NCBI GenBank assembly: GCA_045602125.1
Contig: JAZSBA010000005.1
Coordinates: 1-37,609 of the forward strand
DNA length: 37,609 nt
DNA from: Christensenellaceae bacterium
Lineage (GTDB): Bacteria > Bacillota > Clostridia > Christensenellales > Borkfalkiaceae
Direction of reading: 5' to 3'
In this document: one piece after another, positions 31,095 through 37,609 of the stretch
How the letters are laid out: the number at the start of each line of letters is the position of its first letter
Numbering within the stretch: the stretch's first letter is position 1
Program-made: the position numbers and the translations under genes
The notes under the pieces: model-generated
Databases searched by the model: none
Told to the model about the DNA's origin: nothing
The model's input: the letters and a program-made list of their open reading frames with translations, nothing else

Positions 31095-32108
31095 TTACAC
31101 CTTCATTATTTCACACTTAAAAGTGGTTTTTGAGTAGTAGTTTTCCCCTTTTTTTAGTACGACTGACGGGAAAGACGGTTGATTGATAGCGTCGATATAT
31201 CCTTGAGTTTCCAAGCAGTAAGAGTCAAGCGTTTTATAAACTATTCCGCCTTTACCAACTCTTTCACTCATAGCGCCACCGTATAATTGAACGGCTGGTT
31301 GATCGGTGAAAACGGTCATCTTAACACCGCTAGATTTTGAATACGCGTACGCTACGGGCATATATTTTCCGTTATTTTTTAAACAGTAACTAACGTCGTA
31401 GCATTTAACTTTATCGTTGCCGTCTTTAATCTTTTTAAAATCTAAAAAATCGTACGGCGTATCTTTTACTGGGAGCAATTTGCCGGTTGGAATTAACGAT
31501 TTATCAACTTCGGTTATATAATCGCTATCTATTTTCAAATAATTTTCGTGCGCCTTGTTACTTCCAGCTCCGTCAAGGTTAAAATAGGAGTGGTTCGTAA
31601 AGTTGCAAACGGTATCTTTATCCGAACTTGCAAAATATTCAATATCTAAAGAACTTCCGTTTAACGTATATTTTACGCTTGCAGTCATATTCCCGGGGAA
31701 ACCTTCTTCTAAATCTTTTGAAAAGATAGAGAGAGTAACTGAATTTTCCGAAACTTCCTTTTCTTCCCAAATTCTATGAGAAAACCCCACGTTTCCGCCG
31801 TGAAGATTATTTTGACCGTTATTTTTATTGAGAATAAACTTTTCTCCGTTCAAAGTAAACTCGGCGTTGGCAATTCTATTTGCGTTTCTTCCGACGGTTG
31901 CGCCAATATAATTACCTTTAGTTTGGTAAGAAATCACGTCGTCGTATCCCAAAACTATATCGAGTTCCCCGTTGTTTGACGGAACGATAAAACTTTGAAG
32001 TGTTGCGCCGAAAGTTATAATGCTTGCAGATGCAGAAGATGAAGATATAACGTATTTATAAACGCTTTCTCCGCTTGAAGTTGTCTGAAAAAAAGATTTA
32101 GTAACCAT
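31095..32108 (-). CDS. galM: aldose 1-epimerase (galactose mutarotase)
   Basis: 337 aa with motifs NNLHGG, FTNHSYFNL and the C-terminal pattern of the mutarotase family. The gap before asnA is 2 nt. Confidence 0.85.
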   Translation of the reverse strand: MVTKSFFQTTSSGESVYKYVISSSSASASIITFGATLQSFIVPSNNGELDIVLGYDDVISYQTKGNYIGATVGRNANRIANAEFTLNGEKFILNKNNGQNNLHGGNVGFSHRIWEEKEVSENSVTLSIFSKDLEEGFPGNMTASVKYTLNGSSLDIEYFASSDKDTVCNFTNHSYFNLDGAGSNKAHENYLKIDSDYITEVDKSLIPTGKLLPVKDTPYDFLDFKKIKDGNDKVKCYDVSYCLKNNGKYMPVAYAYSKSSGVKMTVFTDQPAVQLYGGAMSERVGKGGIVYKTLDSYCLETQGYIDAINQPSFPSVVLKKGENYYSKTTFKCEIMKV

Positions 32109-32177
32109 AATTCATTAAAATATAATCAAAATAATATATATTAATATATCAATTTTATAAATTTAAGTCAAGCATAT

Positions 32178-32438
32178 ATGGGTTTTAGAGAGAGTATAAA
32201 CGGATTTTTTAGTCTTTGTAACGTTGGGGGTTGCCCCTATAGAATAACAATTTTAGGAAACAGCTGTATTTTTTTAGAAGGGGTTGAGAAAATTTTAGAT
32301 TTAAAGCCTTGCGTTATTAAACTTAAACTAAAAGGTAAAACGCTTTACTTTTTCGGGCAAGATTTAACCGTTCTTTCCTTTATTGAAAAGGATATAACTA
32401 TTAGTGGAAAGGTGGAAAAAATAGAGTGGCAAGATTAA
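32178..32438 (+). CDS. yqfC: sporulation protein YqfC (YabP family)
   Basis: 86 aa with the YabP/YqfC pattern (RITILGNSCIFLEG...LKLKGKTLYFFGQDLTVLSF). It lies immediately upstream of and overlapping yqfD, as in Bacillus. Confidence 0.75.
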   Translation: MGFRESINGFFSLCNVGGCPYRITILGNSCIFLEGVEKILDLKPCVIKLKLKGKTLYFFGQDLTVLSFIEKDITISGKVEKIEWQD

Positions 32439-33340
32439 AAAAAGGACTTCTTCGTATAACGTACCTAGTAAGCGGCAAAAATATAGAATACCTGCCCGAA
32501 TTTTTGCATAGAAAAAAAGTTAGCGTTATAAAATTTTTAAAAGAAAGCGAAAGTTTAGCAAAAGTTACAATTGACGTATCAGATGTTAATAAATTTTTTG
32601 CTATTTGCAAAAATATGTGCTATAATAAAAAAGTAGTGGGGTATAGGGGGATTTTATGCCCTTTAACTTTATTTATAAATAAAGTCGGTCTATGTTTAGG
32701 GATAGCGCTTTTTATTTTAATTTCAACGCTACTTAACGGCGTGTGCTTAGGGGTTAAAATTCAAGGCTCAGGCGTTGCGTTTGAAAGCGAAACGAGAAGT
32801 CTTTTAAAAACTCTCGGCGTTTCTAAATACTCTTTATTTAGCAAGATTGACTATAAGCAAATTGAAAATAAAATTTTAAGTTCGAATCCTAATATAACTT
32901 TCGTTTCGGTATACAAAGAAGGTAACTTTTTAGTAGTTGATAGCCAAATAACGTCAAGCAAAATTGAAGTTTTAGGCGAAAATTCAACCGATATAGTAAG
33001 CGTGGTTGACGGGGTTATAGAAGAGATAGTCGTTTTAAGGGGAACTCCGCTAGTTAAAGTTGGGGATAAGGTTAAAAAGGGCGATATTCTCGTTGGGGCG
33101 TATTCGCTCGGCAAAGAAGAAGGGGAAACTTTTCCCACCTTTACCGTTGCAAGGGTAAAAATTATTGAAACGGTTGAGTTTTCATACAAGCCGAATATTT
33201 TAAACGACAGAGAAATTGAACTTGCTTACGCCTTGGCGGAGTTTAACGTAGGCGGAGAAATTATAGAGAAAAGTCATAAAGTCGATAATGACGTTATAGT
33301 AGTTACGTTATCTATAAGGCGAACGATAACAGGGGGATAA
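32426..33340 (+). CDS. yqfD: sporulation protein YqfD
   Basis: 304 aa with a GTG start. It has an N-terminal soluble domain, a central TM helix and a conserved block (IVSVVDGVIEEIVVLRGTPLVKVGDKVKKGDILVGA). Synteny is yqfC-yqfD-phoH. Confidence 0.75.
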   Translation: MARLKKGLLRITYLVSGKNIEYLPEFLHRKKVSVIKFLKESESLAKVTIDVSDVNKFFAICKNMCYNKKVVGYRGILCPLTLFINKVGLCLGIALFILISTLLNGVCLGVKIQGSGVAFESETRSLLKTLGVSKYSLFSKIDYKQIENKILSSNPNITFVSVYKEGNFLVVDSQITSSKIEVLGENSTDIVSVVDGVIEEIVVLRGTPLVKVGDKVKKGDILVGAYSLGKEEGETFPTFTVARVKIIETVEFSYKPNILNDREIELAYALAEFNVGGEIIEKSHKVDNDVIVVTLSIRRTITGG

Positions 33341-33343
33341 TTT

Positions 33344-34330
33344 TTGAAAAATTACGAGATAGAAATTAAATCGGGCGAGCGTTTAGCGGAATTTTTAGGC
33401 GTTTTTGACGAGAATTTAAACGTTTTGAGCAAAGAACTTGGCGTTACCGCTTACGTTGACGACGGTTTTATTAAAATTATAGGCGAAAAGCCTTCCGTTG
33501 ATTTCGCGGGCGAAGTGGTTAAAAAACTTTTAGAAGTCGTTGAAGCAAACGAACCGCTCGATAAAGCGAGAATATTATATTGCATCGATATGGCTCGTGA
33601 AGGAAAGCTCGACGGTTTAGAAAAAACTTTTAGCGGAGTGGTTGCCGTAACTTCAAGGGGCAAACAAATTAAGCCTAAGACGGTTGGGCAAAAAAAGTAC
33701 GTTGACGCTATCAATAAAAACACGATAGTATTCGGCGTAGGTCCGGCAGGTACTGGCAAAACTTATCTTGCAGTATGTATGGCGGCGGTGGCGTACAAGC
33801 AAAAACTCACCGAAAAAATAATACTCACAAGACCTGCCGTTGAGGCGGGGGAAAAGTTAGGCTTTTTACCGGGCGATCTTCAAAATAAAGTAGACCCTTA
33901 TTTAAGACCGTTATACGACGCGCTCTCTGAAATGTTCGGTTACGAAACCTATCAAAAATTAATCGAAAAAGGCGTGATAGAAATTGCTCCCCTTGCATAC
34001 ATGCGCGGTAGAACTTTATCAAATAGTTATGTAATACTCGACGAGGCGCAAAACACCACCAAAGAGCAAATGAAAATGTTTTTAACAAGGCTTGGCGAAG
34101 GCAGTAAAATGCTAATTACCGGTGACGTTACTCAAATTGACCTTCCGCTTGGAAAGGAAAGTGGGCTTATTCACGCAACCAAGATATTAAAAAACATCGA
34201 AGGGATAGAGATAGTTAACCTTACGCATAAAGACGTTGTCAGAAATCCATTAGTTACAGAAATCGTAAAAGCTTACACAAAACACGAAGAAAATTCTCAA
34301 AGGAAAATAAAAGATGAAAAAGTTAGATAA
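33344..34330 (+). CDS. phoH: PhoH-family ATPase
   Basis: 328 aa with a TTG start after an AGGGGG RBS, Walker A (GPAGTGKTYLAV) and Walker B (ILDEAQN). Confidence 0.9.
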   Translation: MKNYEIEIKSGERLAEFLGVFDENLNVLSKELGVTAYVDDGFIKIIGEKPSVDFAGEVVKKLLEVVEANEPLDKARILYCIDMAREGKLDGLEKTFSGVVAVTSRGKQIKPKTVGQKKYVDAINKNTIVFGVGPAGTGKTYLAVCMAAVAYKQKLTEKIILTRPAVEAGEKLGFLPGDLQNKVDPYLRPLYDALSEMFGYETYQKLIEKGVIEIAPLAYMRGRTLSNSYVILDEAQNTTKEQMKMFLTRLGEGSKMLITGDVTQIDLPLGKESGLIHATKILKNIEGIEIVNLTHKDVVRNPLVTEIVKAYTKHEENSQRKIKDEKVR

Positions 34331-35768
34331 CAGTTCAAGACCAACGGGGAAAGAAATATTTAAAACATCGGTAGTGTTTGCCGTAAATATGTTTATGGTG
34401 CTTGCCGTTATGTTTGTATTTTTAACCGTTAAATGCGGTGGATTTCCGGGCGTTTCAGAATTTATTAAAAATAACGTAAAACTCGTTTTATTCGTAGCGC
34501 TTTCGGTAATCGTTTTAACGGTAACCGCCGTTCTTTACTTTTACAGTCAAAATCCAAAGCTCATCAAAAAATCAAAAAATATAACGATGCTATACGTTGC
34601 CGTTATACTTTCGATGGTTGCGTCTTACTTATTCGGGTTAATTAACGTTTATTTAAGACCGGTTGCGCTTTGCGCTTTACTTATCCTAGTTCTTTCGGAC
34701 AAGCGTACGGGCGTGTTTATGAACTGCATTTTCGCAATTTATATGCTTTTGACCGATATTTTATGCTCGTCATTTACAAGTAACGGCAACTATATCTTAA
34801 CGTCGCTCGTTTTATGCTTTGCAGTTGGCATAATGTCAATTTTTGCAGTAGACGGCGAAGGGTCAAGGGGTAAGGTTTTAATAATGGGCTTATTGCTTTC
34901 AATTCCAACCGTTGCAACGGCAATTTTCGTTGAGCCGTTAACGAGTTTCACGGAAGTGGCTCTGCCCGTTTTATACGCGCTCGGTAGCGGAATTTTATCT
35001 ACTTGCTTGCTCACCATTTTACTTCCGTTCTTCGAAGTTATGTTCGGCGCGTTAACTAATTTTAGACTTGCCGAACTTACCGACCATAAATCAAGGCTTA
35101 TAAAAGAACTCTCGGTTATAGCGCCGGGAACTTTCAGTCATACGATAATAGTAGCGATGCTTGCCGAAGCTTGCGGTAACGCTATTGGGGAAAATCCCCT
35201 TTTAGTTCGCGCGTGCGCATACTATCACGATATGGGTAAACTTAAAAATCCTGAAATGTTCACGGAAAACCAATCGGGCAAAAACCCGCACGACGCGTTA
35301 TCTCCCGAACTTTCAACGGATATTATCCGTTCTCACGCAAGAGACGGCGCAGACCTTATTAGAAAGAGAAGGCTCCCCGAAGCTTTTGCCGAAGCCGCTG
35401 AACAACATCACGGTACTTTACCTATTAGATTTTTCTATATGAAGGCAAGTAAGTTTACCGACGGTAAACTTAGCCTTGAAAATTTCAGTTATTACGGACC
35501 TAAACCGCAAAACAAAATCAACGCAATTATTATGATTTGCGACGCGTGCGAAGCAAAGGTTAGAACGGTTGCAAACCGCACGCATGAAAACGTTGACAAG
35601 GCGGTTAAAGAAATCATCGAAGAAAGAATGGATATGGACCAATTTAACGAGTGCGATATCACTTTCCAAGAACTTGGCGTTATAAGAAATACTATTGCAA
35701 ACACTTTATCGGGCGTTCACCACGATAGAGTTAAATATCCTAAACTTAAATCAGGGGGAAGAAGATAG
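34314..35768 (+). CDS. pgpH: 7TM-HD (HDIG) membrane phosphodiesterase, PgpH/YqfF-like
   Basis: 484 aa with a multi-TM N-terminal region and a C-terminal HD domain (YYHDMGK, EQHHG). It sits in the conserved position between phoH and ybeY. Confidence 0.85.
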   Translation: MKKLDNSSRPTGKEIFKTSVVFAVNMFMVLAVMFVFLTVKCGGFPGVSEFIKNNVKLVLFVALSVIVLTVTAVLYFYSQNPKLIKKSKNITMLYVAVILSMVASYLFGLINVYLRPVALCALLILVLSDKRTGVFMNCIFAIYMLLTDILCSSFTSNGNYILTSLVLCFAVGIMSIFAVDGEGSRGKVLIMGLLLSIPTVATAIFVEPLTSFTEVALPVLYALGSGILSTCLLTILLPFFEVMFGALTNFRLAELTDHKSRLIKELSVIAPGTFSHTIIVAMLAEACGNAIGENPLLVRACAYYHDMGKLKNPEMFTENQSGKNPHDALSPELSTDIIRSHARDGADLIRKRRLPEAFAEAAEQHHGTLPIRFFYMKASKFTDGKLSLENFSYYGPKPQNKINAIIMICDACEAKVRTVANRTHENVDKAVKEIIEERMDMDQFNECDITFQELGVIRNTIANTLSGVHHDRVKYPKLKSGGRR

Positions 35769-36244
35769 TGGCAAAAATCACTATTTCAAAAAACAAAAAA
35801 CTCCCCTTTGACGCTAAAAGCGTAACGATTGCCGTGCTTGAAGTTTTAAAGCAAACGGGAAACTATTTAGTTGAAGTTAATATGGTTGATGAAGAAACTA
35901 TAAAAACAGTCAACAAAGAGTTTAGAGATAAAGATGCGGTTACCGACGTTTTGTCTTTTCCGACGCTTGACGGAATTAGGTATAAAAACGTTACTGCAAA
36001 AGACTTTCCGCTCGATCTTGACGAGAGTGGGAAGAGGGTGTTTTTAGGTAGTATTATCATTTGCTTAAATAGGGCGAAAGAACAAGCCGTAGAGTTTAAT
36101 CACAGTTTAGATAGAGAACTTTGCTATCTTTTAACTCACGGGCTTTTGCACTTGTTCGGCTACGACCATATTGAAGATACGGACGATAAAGAAATGCGTT
36201 CCTTAGCGAACGAAGTAATGGAAAAAATAGGGATAAATAGATGA
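35768..36244 (+). CDS. ybeY: rRNA maturation endoribonuclease YbeY
   Basis: 158 aa with a GTG start overlapping the pgpH stop. It carries the zinc motif HGLLHLFGYDH. Confidence 0.92.
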   Translation: MAKITISKNKKLPFDAKSVTIAVLEVLKQTGNYLVEVNMVDEETIKTVNKEFRDKDAVTDVLSFPTLDGIRYKNVTAKDFPLDLDESGKRVFLGSIIICLNRAKEQAVEFNHSLDRELCYLLTHGLLHLFGYDHIEDTDDKEMRSLANEVMEKIGINR

Positions 36245-37122
36245 AATGCGGAACAGTTGCGGTTGTTGGTAAAGCAAACGCGGGAAAATCAACGTTAATA
36301 AACGTAATCGTAGGGGAAAAAGTAGCGATAGTTTCCCCAAAACCACAAACTACGAGAGATAGAATTTTAGGCGTGTTAACCACGAACGATTATCAAATAA
36401 TATTTGAAGATACTCCGGGGTTTTATAGGTCTAAGACGGAACTCAATAGGAAGATGCAAAAAACCGCAAGGAAAACGGTTAAAGACGTTGACCTTGTTTT
36501 ATTCGTTTTAGACGGGCACGACGGGTTGAAAGAAGAAGATTTGACTTTGTTAAAGTCAATGGTATCTGATATTCCGCTTATCGTCGCTATGAGCAAAACG
36601 GATATTATGCCCAAGGAAAATATCCCTGAAAATCTAGTTAAGATTGCGGAAATTGAAGGTATTTCAGAGATAATACCGGTATCTGCAAGAAAGAATAGAA
36701 ACGTTAAAGAACTTATCGATATTATACTTAAATATCTTCCCACGCAAGACAAGATTTTTAGCGAAGATATCGTTTCGGACAAGTCGTCGAAATTTATGGT
36801 CTCCGAAATCATGCGTGAAAAGATTTTATTAAAACTCGACAAGGAAATTCCTCACGGCGTTGCGGTGCTCGTCAACGAGTTTAAAAAGAATAAAAACGGA
36901 GTTTACGAGATAAGCCTTGATATCGTTTGCGAAAAGCAAAATCACAAGGCGATTTTGATAGGCAAGCAAGGCGCTAAAATTAAAGAGATTAGCGCTTACG
37001 CCCGCCAAGATATGGAAAAGTTTCTAGATAGCAAGGTGTTTTTAACAACTTACGTCAAAGTTAAGGAAAACTGGCGTGATAAGGAAGCGCTTATTAGCGA
37101 ATTTGGTTATATTGAACAATGA
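36241..37122 (+). CDS. era: GTPase Era
   Basis: 293 aa with G1 (GKANAGKST), G3 (DTPG), G4 (SKTD) and a C-terminal KH domain. It overlaps ybeY by ATGA. Confidence 0.93.
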   Translation: MKCGTVAVVGKANAGKSTLINVIVGEKVAIVSPKPQTTRDRILGVLTTNDYQIIFEDTPGFYRSKTELNRKMQKTARKTVKDVDLVLFVLDGHDGLKEEDLTLLKSMVSDIPLIVAMSKTDIMPKENIPENLVKIAEIEGISEIIPVSARKNRNVKELIDIILKYLPTQDKIFSEDIVSDKSSKFMVSEIMREKILLKLDKEIPHGVAVLVNEFKKNKNGVYEISLDIVCEKQNHKAILIGKQGAKIKEISAYARQDMEKFLDSKVFLTTYVKVKENWRDKEALISEFGYIEQ

Positions 37123-37609
37123 GAGCAAGGCGTAAAAAATATCTAGACGACAGGGCTGATAAAGTCCGCGATATTATAGTTATCTCTAAAACGAGCGACC
37201 TTTTAGGTTTAGATGAAGAAAAGCGTTATTCCGTTATAACCCCTTTTGAACTTTTTAATAACGATAACCCCTTAGAACTTGAAATAGGTTGCGGAAAGGG
37301 TAGATTTATCTATGAAAAAGCGCTCAAAAACCCGAACGTCAACTACTTAGGCGTTGAAATTCAGTTAAACGTTATAATAACCGGCGCTGAAAGGATAAAA
37401 AACGAAGGGATAAAAAACGTTAAGTTCTTTAACTGCGGAGCGGAGATTTTAAAATATCAACTCCCTGAAAAGTCGATTTCAAAACTTTATCTCAACTTTT
37501 CTTGCCCGTATCCTAAAAAGCAGTACGAAAACCATAGGCTAACCTACTTTTCGTTTTTAGATATTTATAAATATCTATTAAAAGACGGAGCGGAAATTCA
37601 TTTTAAAAC
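37119..37609 (+). CDS. trmB: tRNA (guanine-N7)-methyltransferase, N-terminal part (3' end outside window)
   Basis: This ORF is absent from the supplied track because it runs off the window. The ATG at 37119 overlaps the era stop (ATGA). The translation MRARRKKYLDDR...LELEIGCGKGRFIYEKA...YLGVEI...LNFSCPYPKK carries the TrmB SAM-binding pattern. Confidence 0.85.
   Translation, partial: MRARRKKYLDDRADKVRDIIVISKTSDLLGLDEEKRYSVITPFELFNNDNPLELEIGCGKGRFIYEKALKNPNVNYLGVEIQLNVIITGAERIKNEGIKNVKFFNCGAEILKYQLPEKSISKLYLNFSCPYPKKQYENHRLTYFSFLDIYKYLLKDGAEIHFK

Noticed and set aside
318-36842. About 45 short ORFs in the supplied track lie inside, or antisense to, the longer genes. Examples are 318-515, 587-871, 612-881, 2789-3043, 3690-3908, 4426-4707, 5969-6184, 7367-7756, 7905-8216, 8281-8487, 10930-11163, 18390-18650, 18769-19231, 23056-23920, 25461-25733, 26557-26907, 28836-29060, 30057-30245, 30437-30730, 32851-33189, 33451-34088, 35418-35704, 35863-36383 and 36423-36842.
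   Set aside because: Each overlaps a longer ORF with clear family motifs and proper RBS or operon context. Their products are low-complexity or compositionally odd (the S/L/R/K-rich shadow-frame look), and none has its own RBS or promoter. I treat them as frame shadows.

Overview
AT-rich chromosomal segment that looks Firmicutes/Clostridia-like; the yqfC-yqfD pair is an endospore-former signature. By eye I support 41 protein-coding genes, two of them cut by the window edges, plus one frameshifted small ORF. I found no rRNA, tRNA, CRISPR array, transposase or integrase. Gene blocks in order: (1) the pyrimidine operon tail carB'-pyrK-pyrD-pyrF-pyrE, then a 512-bp repeat-laden spacer, then pyrB fused to a PyrI-type zinc domain; (2) a CvpA-like membrane protein, HU, and a DHQS/G1PDH-like protein paired with a HAD-IIA phosphatase; (3) four secreted or lipoprotein genes (YwmB-like, M23 peptidase, M1-like metallopeptidase, BspA-type LRR protein); (4) scattered housekeeping genes: small export protein, TtcA-like PP-loop ATPase, FGGY/rhamnulokinase, patatin, GTP-PEPCK, rplU-rpmA, UPF0371, Mrp/NBP35, YqeY; (5) a small accessory-looking islet at 28.2-30.0 kb holding a DEDDh exonuclease with a BRCT-like tail, two XRE regulators with a divergent operator region, and a T8-frameshifted membrane peptide; (6) asnA-galM and the conserved yqfC-yqfD-phoH-pgpH-ybeY-era-trmB' cluster. 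Most of the window is ordinary core genome, and I cannot defend a new multi-gene system here. The most unusual signals are four. First, a dispersed family of tandem mini-hairpin arrays, with a conserved ATATAWC spacer and variable self-complementary cores, at 4995-5112 and in inverted orientation at 22362-22467. Second, mosaic direct repeats bracket the relocated pyrB-pyrI(Zn) fusion. Third, the exonuclease/XRE/membrane-peptide islet. Fourth, L27 carries a pro-peptide but no prp gene sits between rplU and rpmA. All coordinates and motif counts were made by hand, and all family assignments come from motif recognition, not database searches.
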